DNA of 64,000 bases from Tubiluchus corallicola (lineage: Eukaryota; Animalia; Priapulida): NCBI GenBank assembly GCA_030141605.1, contig JAQGDQ010000547.1, positions 71,147 through 135,146 on the forward strand, given 5' to 3'. Of the stretch, positions 1 through 22,441 are shown one piece after another. The notes beneath the pieces are model-generated. The model saw nothing but the letters and a program-made list of their open reading frames with translations, did not search any database and was not told the DNA's origin. Position 1 is the first letter of the stretch, and every line of letters begins with the position of its first letter. A program made the translations under genes and the position numbers.

Positions 1-12
1 ACCAGCACATGT

Positions 13-429
13 TCATAGAAAACGCACAATCAAGCCTATTTCAGTACGAAATTCTAGCCTTCGTAGGATATGACCAAGTATAACCTTCGTAAAATTTCTG
101 AGCTTACTTAAAGCTCCTTGACTGTGCTGGCACCTGGTGGTAAGGACAAACACTAATAAGCCATCCAATGACGATAAATAATGCACGGACATTCTACATA
201 ATTCTTGCTTTCTGCACCAGAAATGAAAGGTAATAAGCTTGCTGTTCAAAGATAAGCGTTTGTGGTTGCCCATAGATTCAAATTTTCGTGATAATTTGCA
301 CACGCTGTTTGCCTCACGAGCAAATTCCGCATACATGTATGCAACAGTGATATCAAATGCTCTGGAACCAGGGATGAGCGGATTGGCCAATTTCTTACTC
401 CACAAGCAATTTGGTCCGTTAATTTGCAA
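13..429 (-). mobile_element. Possible decayed hAT transposase C-terminal (dimerisation) fragment
   Basis: ORF contains FHFWCRKQELCRMSVHYLSS, loosely like the hAT dimerisation motif; adjacent DNA is rich in ATCCG/TCCGCA sub-repeats. Confidence 0.3.
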
Positions 430-928
430 ATCTGCCGCCTGCTAGAAATCCACATTTTGCTATTTACAGCTATCCGCAACTGCAATGCCGTGTAATTATT
501 TCCAATCCGCAATCCGTTCCCAATTTCGAATCCGCAACCCCGCTCGCACGACCAATTGTAATTCAAATAATTTAAGAAAATGGAAGACCACCAGTCTGCA
601 CTCCACCAGGAAGATGGGAACAAAAAAAATCAGTGTGAATGCTACGCAATATCTGCACGATAAAATAAAAAAATGGGCTCATGTGCTAAATACAGAGCGC
701 ACTTCCAATGACGCACACATTCTTTGTCAAAGTTTCGTATTAACGAAAAATCAATGATGTTTATTATAACGTAATAATGACAACTGCGATCTGCAAAGAT
801 CCGATCCGCACCTGTTTTTTTAACCGCATCTTGTCCGAATAGGTTTTTGAGTTTCAATTACAAATCTGCAGCCACAAACAAAAAAGTGCGGATCTCGGTC
901 CAGTCCCGTCTGCTAATTTCTCCGACTC

Positions 929-1439
929 CAGGGTTGAGACTGATAAATTGCAAAAAACTCTGAAACAGGCCGGGGGTTCTGGGGCCACCTAGGCCCCCAA
1001 TGGGGTTCAAGGGAAGCGCCCTTGGAGCCAGCAACAAATTGGAATTTTGTGACAACAAAGAGCCTCTAAGTGGACTTAAAATATCAATTACCTTGTTTCA
1101 TGCATAATTTAAAATGCCCAACTATCAAGGATACATGATACCTAATTGTCTCAAAAACGCCTAAGTACTGGCCGCTCCTATGCAAAAGTATATAAAAACT
1201 GTCTGCAATTGACTCAAATAACTCCGCACAAATGATTCTATATTTTTATACACAGAGATATACACATGGTTACACTGATGTACGCGATGTAAACAAAGTG
1301 ACAGCCTGCCAACTAGCGGTCAGCTTGTGAAATAATGTACTGGGTCCGTAAAAATTTTCTCAACAAATTTACGTGATTTACAAAAATGGCACTACTGGTC
1401 TTCCAAAAACTCGGAATTCACGGAAAATTCTCATCCCTG
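929..1439. mobile_element. MITE family A (CAGGGATGAGAAT TIR), copy 1
   Basis: TIRs; flanks cgactc/tgactc; four near-identical copies in the window. Confidence 0.88.
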
Positions 1440-1513
1440 TGACTCTAACTTACTGGAACTAATGTCTATCAGTAAAGAATGCTAAGAAACAACGTGCAGA
1501 CAGACAGACAGAC

Positions 1514-1654
1514 CTGTTCGAATAGCTTCAGCTTCATTTATTTTCCACTGCTCAGCAACATCGTTAGCTAACGGATCATCCGGATTAGGTGCACTCAATA
1601 GCGCTTGAATAGATAATAGTACTGTTCTGATTTGTAGAGCTGGTGACCATTTAT
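1514..1654 (-). CDS. UBE2N: UBE2N exon 4
   Basis: cag|[47 protein letters not shown]|gtctgt. Confidence 0.95.
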
Positions 1655-4600
1655 CTGCAAAAACGTTGAATGAACATGGTTTTTAGATGAATCAGTGTAA
1701 GTAAGGCTAAGGCAGGGATGAGAATGACAAATTGCAAAAAACTCTGAAACAGGCCGGGGGTTTGGGGGTCGCCTAGGCCCCTAACGCAGGTGGGGGGGAA
1801 AGCCCCCATGGGGTTCAAGGGGGCGAAGCAACAATTAGAAATTTTGTGACCATATAGAGCCTCTAAGTGGACTTAAAATATCAGTTACCTTGTTTCATGC
1901 ATAATTTAAAATATCCAACTATCAAGGATACATGATACCTAATTGTCTCAAAAACACCTAAGTACTGGCCGGTCCTATGCACAAGTATATAAAAACTGTC
2001 TGCAATTGACTCAAATAACTCGGCACAATTGATTCTATATTTTCATACATAGAGATATACACGTGGTTACACTGATGTACGTGATGTAAACAAAGTGACG
2101 GCCTGCCATCTAGCGGTCAGCTGGTGAAATAATGTACTGGGTCCGTAAAAAAATTTTCTCAACGAATTTACACGATTTACAAAAATTGTCTTCCAAAAAC
2201 CCGGAATGCCGTGGAAAATTCTCATCCTTGCGGTGAACGTGCTAATTTTGCAGAGACACGCCATTAAGAGGTAAACACTGCTATGTCAATATCTCATATC
2301 TAATCACATAATCATAAATACCTTTTAATATATCGAGACATATTCGTCCTAGCTTGTCAATATTTGGATGATAAATTTTTGTCATAAACCGCACTTTAGG
2401 TGCTGACATTGGATATTCTTCGGGAAGAAATAATTCCAGCTTGAATACTCCACCTTCAAATGGTGACTGAAAAATAGAATGAAAATCATGATGATGAAAT
2501 AAAACAACTGAAAAACGATAAAAAGCTATGATTTTTACATAAACTGAGCATCCGATCACATCGTCGAGCCCATAATGATCAAGTCAAGTGCAAATCTAAG
2601 TGAAAATGCCAGCTCTGCAGGGTTTCTTAACTTAATAATAGGGGTGAGCATCGAACGCTCGAATTCGATTCGAACGAGTTTTTTTAGTTCAAACTCGATT
2701 CCAATCCAAAACTATAGATTCGAATAATTCAGCACTTCAATCACACATGTTCTTTATCACTAAAACGATTGAAACAACTTGCAATTAGCATAATTTAGCT
2801 ATGATTTCTGCGCACAATTTTAAACAAATTACTAGTCGTTTTATTGCAGGACAAAATCTAGTGATATGCATGATCTTTGTAAGACTAATTTTTACTGGTG
2901 GTTCGAAAACTTGTTGGAAAATCGTTCAATCTCAATTCAAATTCGAAACACTGAAGTTCGGTTCGAATCGAATTCGCTTTCTGGTAGAGAATGCTCACCC
3001 CTACCGATCACATGATCAAGTCAAGTGCAAATCTAAGTGAAAAAAGCAAAAGTGAGTTAACCTTGGAAAAAAACGGTTAACACCATTTGCAAAGATTTCT
3101 GTTATTGCATCAAACTATTTTCCCTTTTTGCAGGGATGATTATTATATGGCGTAGCAGTGTCTAGTTTTTTTGCTGGATTACTGCTGCATTTACCTGTCT
3201 GAAGGCAGATTTCTTTTATTTTAGAATTCTGCCTGCCCAATGTCTACAATAGACGTGACAGGCGTATGATGATGATGATGATGATTATTATTATTATATG
3301 ATATTATGGTTGTGATTGTTATTACCAAATTCAAAAAGCTGTTTAGACCGTCTAAAAGAATTAGAAGCGTTGGACGCTGCTGATTTTTAGTCTGGTATAG
3401 CTGACGTACGTAACATTAGTGACTAGTAGTTAAAAGTTATGTCCATCACGTAACTTGCGTCCATTGAATTATTGGCTACTCTTCCACAACTATGTCCATC
3501 ATGTTCGTTAAATTAGTGATTGAACGTCCATCTTACATCCATCGTGTCCATATTACGTCCATCGCGTCCATATTACGTTCGTCGTGTCCAACTTACATCC
3601 ATCGACGTTCGTCGTGTCCATATTACGTTCGTCGTGTCCATATTACGTTCCTCGTGTCTATATTACGTTCGTCGTGTCCAGCTTACATCCATCGCGTCCA
3701 TATTACATCCATCGCGTCCATATTACGTTCGTCGTGTCCAACTTACATCCATCGCGTCCATATTACGTTCGTCGTGTCCATATTACGTTCGTCGTGTCCA
3801 ACTTACATCCATCGTGTCCATATTACGTTCGTCGTGTCTATATTACGTTCGTCGTGTCCAACTTACATCCATCGCGTCCATATTACGTTTGTCGTGTCCA
3901 ACTTACATCCATCGCGTCCATATTACGTTCGTCGTGTCTATATTACGTTCGTCGTGTCCAACTTACATCCATCGCGTCCATATTACGTTTGTCGTGTCCA
4001 ACTTACATCCATCGCGTCCATATTACGTTCGTCGTGTCCATATTACGTTCGTCGTGTCCAACTTACATCCATCGTGTCCATATTACGTTCGTCGTGTCTA
4101 TATTACGTTTGTCGTGTCCAACTTACATCCATCGCGTCCATATTACGTTTGTCGTGTCCAACTTACATCCATCACGTCCATATTACGTTCGTCGTGTCCA
4201 TATTACGTTCGTTGTGTCCAACTTACATCCATTGTGTCCATATTACGTTCGTCGTGTCTATATTACGTTCGTCGTGTCCAACTTACATCCATCGCGTCCA
4301 TATTACGTTCGTCGTGTCCATATTACGTTCGTCGTGTCCATATTACGTTCGTCGTGTCCAACTTACATCCATCGTGTCCATATTACGTTCGTCGTGTCTA
4401 TATTACGTTCGTCGTGTCCAACTTACATCCATCGTGTCCATATTACGTTCGTCGTGTCCATATTACGTTCGTCGTGTCCAACTTACATCCATCGTGTCCA
4501 TATTACGTTCGTCGTGTCCATTTTACGTTCGTCGTGTCCAACTTACATCCATCGTGTCCATATTACATCCATCGTGTCCATATTACGTTCGTCGTGTCCA

Positions 4601-7600
4601 TATTACATTTATCACGTCCATTCATTTAGGATTTACCTTGTCCGTGTATCGCTTTGCTTGCAAACTGCTAAAATTTCTTTCTCTTCTTTTCAAGAGATTT
4701 CAATGTACACTGATCCACACTAAACACACCTTTGTTTCGGACTCAGAAATTAGGCTGTTAATAATATGAATCCAATACTAGATTAAACAAGCAGATCTCT
4801 ATTGTTAAAACATGATCACAAAGCAAGCTCGAATATTCGAACACAATAAGTCCTAGCGAACAAAGCACAGTTAGCTAAACAGTATAAATTGCAACGTGAC
4901 AAAGATTCTAAACTTCTAACCTCAGCTGGGCCAGCTACAACTACGTGAAAATATCTTGCGTTCTTTTCATCTGGTGTGGCGCTGATTCCTGGAACTGGTT
5001 CTGCCATTAACCTCTGTGTTTCCTATTGAAAGGGAAATGTATGTAAAGTAATGAAAAACAGACACCCCGTAGCTTTTAATTTCGGATACCTGTTCATCGG
5101 AAAAATAATCGCCATCTAATAAACTAACCAGATAAGTATATTATAAAGAGTTTACGGAAGTTTCTGTTTTTCCATATGCCATAAGAACATAATACAAAAA
5201 TCAAATTTTGTCTCACAGTAAAAATTATAATCAGGTCACTTGTAAACATCTTTGCACTCTAATAAATAAAAGTAACATCATCACCATTTTGTCATTCACG
5301 ATTAATTAAATATGCCTACTACACCCACCGCTGAACGGGCTATCTATCCATACCCAGTACCACCCTCGGCCCGTTCCCGTTCTCTACATCTCAGCCGTAT
5401 AACTTTTGCAAAAAAAGGCCGAAAAATGGCCATTTTCGGAGGTTTGTCGCCCCCCCCCCTCCTCGCGGTGGGCCCAATTCGAAAAATAAACCATCAATGG
5501 CACGGCAGTAGATCGAGACCTTTCGTTTGATGTATAGATCGCCGCAAATGGTGCCCTCGTCCGGGCTGTAGCCTCGAAAATTATATATATATAAATTAAG
5601 CCCATACCAAGAATATTAATATAAGAGTATAGATAAAAGGTCGGCAGTCTCCATTAGACGAGGACATTTGTATTTAAAGTCACTGTACTGTTATAGTTTT
5701 CCTATATCACATTAGAAATAGCACAGCAAACAGTAATACAGGCTTCACTAAGCAAACATGGGGTCTGTAGCATAATTATTTTACAAATAGGCCCTCCATA
5801 AACATAAATGTAATTGCTAAGTAAAAATATTGTGTTAAATTAAACAAAAATACGATTTAAAAGACTTCGAAGGTATTGGTAGTTGGTCAGCTTGAGTGAT
5901 AAACAAATTGCGACAGGCAATTTTTACATTTGGAAGTTCCAAATAAAATTGTCGGTGGAAAAACTTCCTCAGCAAAACATTGCGTGGTGCCAACACGAAA
6001 AGGAAAGAGCGTATTTAGTGGAAAGAAAATGAAGCAGTGATTATGCTACTTATGACTGCATGGATGAACAAACTACATGCTATAAGCTGGTTGGCATCCT
6101 TCTGCCTCGGAAAACAATGGAGTGTGCGCCAAGAGAGTCAGTTATTGATCACATTGATGGAGCTGCAGCTACTCTCAACTATACCCACGAAGGAACTCAG
6201 GTTAGATGTACTCGTCTTGCAATTGATTTGGATCCCGCTTCAACTTCTACTCTTGAGCACACGACTGTTGATCTTGTGAACTGCTTTAAAGTAATTAGTA
6301 GAAATACTGTTCTGACAAAGATGGACTTTTTTCTAGGCCTCACAGAGTCCTTCATGGTCATGAGTCTAAGTTATTTGTGCAAGTAGCTGGAATCAACATC
6401 AGATCACAGTTCCTTGGATATCGTATAGTTCAACCGTGGAATCATCTTTCACCGTCAACCATCAGTGCTTCATCAGTTGACAGTTTCAAAAGGCATATGA
6501 GAGAGGACCGTTTACAGCTAGTTACCATCTAGGTCCTTATTTCTTTGGATAAGTGTGGAAAACATCTCGGATTATTCCAAAACACCAGAAAAGTCCTAAA
6601 GTCTTCTCAAGATTTGTCGTGCTATTGCCTTATCCAGGTATCCTAGATACGGCTATTAAAAAATAATAGTCTTTCTATCTTTTATATCATTCCATATATG
6701 AGTTTCATTCATTACATCATTCCATTTTAAGCACTAACGTTTTTTTTTTATCACGATTCACTTTAAATTTTCAGATTATCTCCATTACTTTTTTTTCTCT
6801 ATCACTGTGTGGGACAATCTAACAAGCCCTGCTTTTTGATTGCCCACAACACATTTACATTCGTGTATAAGTAAATAGTGCTTGAGGCTTTTCTGTGCAG
6901 TATTTTTCATTTGTATTATATCCATTGTAGGCCCTTTCACTGATATTGTATATGTAACCTGTAAATGTGTATGGTGAAATAAATGACTATGACTATGACT
7001 ATTGGTAAAATCGTGGAAAAAATTATCTCCAATGCAATTCTTGATCATTTTATGACATATCAGTTACTTAACAAATCTCAGCATGGTTTTTTAAGCAGGC
7101 GCTCTGTTACCAATAACCTTCTTATATTTTTTGAATTCGTTTACTCAAGTTCTGATGAAAGCCACCCTGCAGATATGATTTTCTTAGATTTTGACAAGGC
7201 GTTTGACAAAGCACCTCATCAACGACTGCTTTTGAAACTAGAAGCCGATGGCATTTCAGGTTCTCTCCATACTTGGATTGAGAACTGGCTAATTGGTAGA
7301 ACGCAATACGTTGAGATCCAAGGTGTTAAATCGTCACGTGTGCCAGTTATATACGGAGTTCTTCAGGGAAGTGTTCTCGGGCCACTGTTGTTCCTGATTT
7401 TCATAGACGATTTAGACCAAGAAATGTGTTCTAGGCTCCTGAAATTTGCCGATGACGCAAAACTTACCAATACTGTGGGCTAGATACGGCAAGTAGAACA
7501 CGGGACTTACGCGCCATATCGGCTTGGGCAAGATCTTGGCAAATGGAATTCAACACCTCTGACTCCAAGTGAGAAGTCATTCATGTGGGATGTAACAACA

Positions 7601-9041
7601 ATCATCATCAGTATTATTTTAACAACACTATTTTACCAGCAGTTGACCTAGACATAGACTTAGGACTCACCACCTATGCCAGTTGCAACTTCCGCAGCCA
7701 TATTATTAGTAAATCAAAGAAGGGAATCAACTTCTTGGACTCGTTTCAAATACAATTTCCTCAAGATCATTTCATGTATATTACCTCTTTACCTATCGTC
7801 AGATCCCCACACTGTATCTCGACACTAGGCGGAGGAGCTGCACAATCAGCCAACGGCTAGAGGGCGGAGGAGGTCAAGTGACCCAACGGCCATGTGTAGA
7901 GGAGTAAACCTTCCAAATCAGGAGTGGAGCCCCGAAGGCGGACCAGTGCAGCATGCTCACTGACTCCGGCAAGTCCTGCAGCCAACCTGGTGTCACTCCG
8001 CTTTCCTTTGGACTACACCAGGGAGGAAGAGAGGGGGTTCCTGTTGTCTGGGCAACGCAGGATCTCCATACACCTTGCCCAGGCGTGCGCCCCGGAGACG
8101 TTCATCTGACTCTCTTGGCGTACACTCCATTGTCTTCCGAGACAGAAGGATGCCAACAACAACTATCGTCAGATCTCACTTGGATTATGTAAGTCACGTT
8201 TGGGACCCATACTTCAAGAAGGACATTGATATCCTAGAACAAGTGCAAGACGGAGCAGCCAATGTGATCCAATGACTTGATAATAAATCATATACTGAGA
8301 AATCACAATGTCTTGGACTCCATCGGCTCTCTTCTCGTACACGACGTGTTTGACTGATTGAGATGTTCAAGATTCTACATGGTCATACCGATATCAACCA
8401 TGAAACTTGATATCACCATAATTCACACTTGCATCAGAGGTCACTCTCAAGCTTTACAAACTCAGAGCTAATACCGAGCGATACAAGCACGGCTTTTCTA
8501 ATGCCGAAATTGATCTATGGAATTCCCTACCGGAAGAAATCATGGAACTACAAAGAAAGACAGTTTCAAAAATGCACTAGAATGTAGAAAAATATTTATG
8601 CACTAAAGGTCTCCTATATTATCTTTGAGGTATAATTGGAGGCAAAGCACGTTTTTTGTAAATAACTATCCACGAAGAGCACAATGATTTGCCGGTTATT
8701 TATGTGAAGATAACTGTTTTGTTACACAACAAACAATACAACGTGCTCGCTGTTATGATAAGCACATAAGGTATTCTTGGATACAGTATGCCAAAAGTGA
8801 AACTTATGTGATCAGTCTGCTGGAACTACAGGAAAAGCGTCAACAGAGAAGACTAACTTCAGCAAGGCTAGTATTACAAAGAAAATCACGATCCACATTT
8901 TTGTTTCCATCCCAAAAAAATGAGACAAAAAACAAGTTTCGAAAATAAGCCTGCTAACTTTCGTGTCAAACAAGTGCAATTAACAACAATATTAACATCA
9001 GGAGTTACCTTAATTATCCGCCTAGGTAGGCCAGATGACAT
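1514..9041 (-). CDS. UBE2N: Ubiquitin-conjugating enzyme E2 N (Ubc13/bendless), exons 1-4; terminal exon not found in the window
   Basis: Exons 9009-9041, 4921-5022, 2322-2466 and 1514-1654 join with GT-AG and consistent phases to give [24 protein letters not shown]...[55 protein letters not shown], near-identical to Ubc13 including the HPN motif and catalytic Cys. An in-frame upstream ATG lies at 9047. Confidence 0.97.
1713..2230. mobile_element. MITE family A, copy 2
   Basis: cagggatgagaat...attctcatccttg; homologous to copy 1. Confidence 0.88.
2322..2466 (-). CDS. UBE2N: UBE2N exon 3 (catalytic Cys)
   Basis: cag|[48 protein letters not shown]|gtattt. Confidence 0.96.
2639..3003. mobile_element. 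MITE family B (TAGGGGTGAGCAT TIR, TTCGAA-rich); related copies at about 11415-11667 and 12567-12915
   Basis: Terminal inverted repeats and dispersed homologous copies. Confidence 0.75.
3520..4620. repeat. 20-bp minisatellite of about 55 units, two alternating unit types
   Basis: tattacgttcgtcgtgtcca / acttacatccatcgcgtcca. Confidence 0.97.
4921..5022 (-). CDS. UBE2N: UBE2N exon 2
   Basis: tag|[34 protein letters not shown]|gttaga. Confidence 0.95.
5308..5633 (-). mobile_element. Non-autonomous Helitron, 5' fragment
   Basis: Near-identical to 49423-49748, including the 5'-TC terminus. Confidence 0.8.
6998..8590 (+). mobile_element. Decayed CR1-clade LINE reverse transcriptase fragment
   Basis: [45 protein letters not shown]...[16 protein letters not shown]; contains stops and frameshifts. 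Confidence 0.92.
7806..8162 (+). mobile_element. 5'-truncated SINE nested in the CR1 LINE
   Basis: 13-bp TSD ctatcgtcagatc (7793-7805 and 8163-8175), (CAA)n tail, homologous to 35107-35522. Confidence 0.88.
9009..9041 (-). CDS. UBE2N: UBE2N exon 1 ([11 protein letters not shown])
   Basis: ATG...AAG|gtaact donor. Confidence 0.92.
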
Positions 9042-9769
9042 GTTCATTCCTATATCAAGCAATTAAAATATTAAAATTAAAATTTTCTTTTTTACAACAC
9101 AAGGTGAATTTAACATGGAGACACCGTGTAAAACAGCTGGTGCCATCTGTTAGACAAAGTGCTATAATTTTTTATCCTAAGTCACACAGATTGAAATCGC
9201 AAACCACAGATTCGCAAAAATGAAAAATTTATAATAAATTTAGCGTCACTGCCGAAGAATAGAGATTAAGCATAAACAGCTTATGGATCTCTCCACTCTT
9301 CCTTGTTTACTTTTGTAAAAGTAAAAATAAAGAAAATGAGTGACCATACTGTGATCATGAAGTGTGGCACATGATTTTCTGTAGCCATTGTGGCTAGTTG
9401 GGATCTATAAATTTTTTTGGATTGCATTTCCAGTGTTTATTGAGACGAATTTTAAACTGGGCAGGATTAGACGCTTGAACTACAGTGTTAGGCAGCATGT
9501 TCCATTGATTAATTACCCGCCTTGCAAATGTAGACTTCCTTCTACTCCACCTTTGTGAAAATGTTTTCTTTTTAATTTTGTAGGAGTGACCTCTGGTACC
9601 ATGATATGTCTGTCTGTGGAAAAGTATCTAGCTGTTGATAGTTTCTGTGCCTTTAAGGATACGAAATCTTTGAATTAAGTCTTGCCTTTTGCATATATAC
9701 TTCAGAATTGAAAGGCCCAGATTTTTAAGTCTTGCACCATGAGAAACAGCAGGTACGAGTCTAGTCTAG

Positions 9770-10560
9770 TAGCTTGACGTTGTATACTTTCAATTTTCCT
9801 TATCATGTCTTGACGATCTGGGCTCCATATCACATCACCATAATCCAATATAACCATTGTGGACAAAAGAAAATCATCTTTAATTATTCTAAATCTAAAT
9901 TTATGTTGTATATTTATCCTAATGTCATCATACTTTTTTGGTTTTGGATAGTGCTGCCACCTTCAGGTGCTCTTGTTAAAATTGTTGAACTTTCTCTTTC
10001 CTGTTTAAATTTTTATTGGCTTCTACAGTCTTTATGAATGCATAATCTCTAAACCTGTTTTCACACCTAAATGATTTCACTTGTAGTTCTGGTCACTTGG
10101 TTTTCTGATTTTCAACTTGACACTACTTCACTGTTAATGTAGACATTTCAAAATAAAATCTTGAAACTAAATTTTAAGTTTTTTGGTTTCTTCAAACCAC
10201 ATTGACTTGCATAACTTGGTCATCATAGATTCATCAAGATAAGAAAAGCTACGTTTGGCTACGGTCAGTGTTCCATGTGCTTTATTAACAACATTTCAGG
10301 AAGATCATTTATGTAAATAGTAAATAAAATAGGTCCAAGGACAGTTCCCTGTGGTATACCACTGGTCACATTAGCCAGTCATTTTAAAATGATATGCAAT
10401 GCAGCATAACCACATAACAAGTTGCAAAAGCAATCATTCTTGTATCGAAAGTCCTTTAAGCAAAAGCCAAGATTCTCAGAGCTTACTTAGGCAATAGAGA
10501 AAAATGTCAGGCTCGGTTTAGAAGATCGAATTTTCTTCAGATTTTTTCAGCCATCAAAGC
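9770..10560 (-). mobile_element. Decayed CR1/L2-type LINE fragment
   Basis: Minus strand encodes [19 protein letters not shown] at about 10320-10370. Confidence 0.75.
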
Positions 10561-10829
10561 TGGGTGCTGCTAGAAGTTGTTGGATTAAATCAGACTGATG
10601 TCGGAGGACGTCACATATTACGCTTATAGGGACAATTTCTATCCGGGAAAGACCATTAAACAATTTACATTTAGTAGATGGCATGGATTTACTTGAGAAT
10701 CCATGCAAGCGTGGAACAATTTTGACGTTGACATCTGGCATTTTCGAACTGTGTGAGCATTGCATTTGCCACATTTGCCTTGCTAAGACATCCAAATGCC
10801 ACAACTTATTATAATCATCCTTCAGCCAG

Positions 10830-10971
<142 letters not shown>

Positions 10972-11682
10972 AATCATTGATGGTTGGGTCCATTGGCACA
11001 GTCAGAGGTTAAAAAATTGGACGCAAAACCAGCTAGGGCCACTGGAGGAGCACTGTAAGCTTTTTGTGGGGGCCTGGGGCAGCCACCAACGCATATTCCA
11101 GGCCCCTTGGGCCCACTCCTAAATGTAGAATTTACAGTTAGCAAAAACTGTTTAGACAAAGGAAATCAATATGAGAATTGACAATATATAAGTGATATAC
11201 ATAAACGTAACTTCACTGCTCAGGGATGGCACAAACAAACAAGCAGTTGATGTGTGTCTTGGTTTACTGCTAAGAAGTTCTGTGGACACACGTGCGTCAT
11301 TGCGTCCACTTGCCGGTGCCAATGGATGGGTCTAATAGCATTGGTCATAGCACACAGTTTCAGTCTTGAACAAAATGTTGCACAATTTGGCTATTGTATT
11401 GCTTTGCTGTTGGTAGGGGTGAGCATTTTCTACCAAAAAGCGAATTTGAATCGAATCCAATTTGTGTCTTTTGAATTTGAATAGAACCGAACTTCAGTAT
11501 TTCAAATTCGAATCAAACAAGTTTTCGAACCACCAGTAAAATATTCTTACAAAGATCATTAATATATTATTCGATTTTGTTCTGCAGTAAAATCACCAAA
11601 AAATTTGTTTCAAATTGAGAACAGAAATGACCACTAAATGAACTCGATTCGAACACCTGATGCTCACTGCTAACTTTAGGTG

Positions 11683-11727
11683 TCATCATTATCGTCATCA
11701 TCATCATCATCCTCGTCATCCTCATCC

Positions 11728-11806
<79 letters not shown>

Positions 11807-12060
11807 CCTCCTCATCATCATCATCATCATCATCATCATTGTAATATGGGGGTGTGGGTGTTGTGGTGTAGATGACGTGGTGTGAGTAGGAAGGAGAAGT
11901 ATGTGGTATCGTGTGGGTGGTGTGGTGCAGTGTGGTGTAGAGCAGTGTAGTGTTGGTGTAGCATGATGGGTGTGGTGTATTGCAGATGGAGTGGCGTGGG
12001 TGGTGTGATGTGATGTGGCAAGGTGTAGATAAGGATTTTGTGGTGTGGTGTATGTGGCAT
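11683..12060. repeat. (CAT)n microsatellite followed by a degenerate (GTGTG)n tract
   Basis: Direct inspection. Confidence 0.95.
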
Positions 12061-12118
12061 ATTTTTTGTTCTTGTGGTTCATGCACAAAAGTTTTTGCGT
12101 GGATTGACTAGATTAGCA

Positions 12119-12465
12119 TTAAAGGAAAGAACAAGTCACTCAGTATGTTGGGTTTGTTTTACTGTTATCAGTTAAACTTATAACAATAACAACTTATTGT
12201 AAAAAATATAACAAAAAAATTTGCAAAAAAAATTTTCTATAAAGCATAAATTTAAAATAGAAATCTGAATAGAAATATTCATGACGATGGTTGTTGCCAC
12301 TCACTTGGAAATTACAATGTACTGGCAGAGTTCGTGGCATTTCATAAACGCATTATGGCTTACCGTAGCCATGTGGTGCTTAAACTAATTCAAGCTTCTG
12401 CAGCTTACCTAAGGTTCTAGCAAAAATATTACAAAATCTGTTATCTAATTTTCTTGTAAAAACTT
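12119..12465. mobile_element. Kolobok-like element fragment (TTAA-AGG terminus); homologue at about 30759-31040
   Basis: Both copies begin ttaaaggaaagaacaa and share internal sequence. Confidence 0.5.
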
Positions 12466-13162
12466 ATTATAGTTTTGGAGAAGATCGATAGTGCGCTACT
12501 TTTATTCAAGATGAATGAAGACATTAGAAGAAGAATGGGCATTGAAAATGGGAGTGCCCAAACATTAGGGGTGAGCATGGAACGCTCGAGTTCGAATGAG
12601 TTTTTTGGTTCAAATTCGATTTGAACCTAAAATTATAGATTCGAATAATTCACACTTCTGTCACATACGTCCTTTATCATTAAAACGATTGAAACATCGT
12701 GCAATTTGCACAATTTAGCTGTGACACAATTTTAAGCAAATTATTTGTGGTTTACTCAAGAACTTAATCGAAGAATTTTTACTGGTATTTTGAAAACTTG
12801 TTCTAAAATCTTTCAATCTTTTGAATTCGATTCCAACTCGAAATATTAAAATTCAGTTCGATTTGAATTTGAAAGTCACAAAATCGATTCAATTCGAATT
12901 CGCTTCCTGATAGAATTCGAAGCATGAAGTGGTCGAATTAGCCGCCAGCCGTGTCGCTGTAGTCTGTCGCGTGGAAAAATCTCCTACTTTTACCGCCTTT
13001 GCGCCTTTCTGCTTGAGATTTCTGATGACGAGTCAACCAAAAATGTATTTAGGAAGACATAATTATCTTTGTAAAATGTTAACCCAGTTTTTGAATAACA
13101 GCTAAATATCATTCATGATGTATTGTGTAGCGTAATAGGATTGTCTCTTTTTGTGCTTAAAT

Positions 13163-21977
<8,815 letters not shown>

Positions 21978-22034
21978 TTTGCTCACCGGATCAAGAACGG
22001 ATTAATGTCAGTATAATTAATTGATGCTATAAAT

Positions 22035-22441
22035 CAGGGGTGTGCAAATTATCTGACTAGCCGGGCCACATTAAACATTCCGCAATTCCTGTGGGCCACG
22101 TGCAGTTTGGTCAAGGAGCCACGTACAGTAGGACCTAATAACGATTTTTTTTGCATCCGATTTGCGCACATCATTACTACTACACTCAAGAAACTATTTT
22201 AGAAGTTATTATAATTTATATTAAAAACCATATATTTCGTCGTGTCCGACAGTGACATTAAGCGACAACGGTCTTGTAAGGGTTAATGCCATCTGATCTA
22301 GAGGACAAAACTACGCGCACTGTCTTTGCGATATTGGCGCAGACTTCAGCTGGATCACGTGGGCCGCACTTTCATTACGTTGACAAGCCTCTTCGCGGGC
22401 CGCACAAGATCTCTCGGTGGGCCGCAGTTTGCACACCCCTG
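22035..22441. mobile_element. hAT MITE family C (CAGGGGTGTGCAAA TIR) in the Src 3' UTR region
   Basis: Perfect TIR and 8-bp TSD ctataaat. Confidence 0.93.

Noticed and set aside
3492-4769. Three long ORFs (369-425 aa)
   Set aside because: They are translations of a stop-free 20-bp minisatellite, periodic in all frames, with no domain signal.
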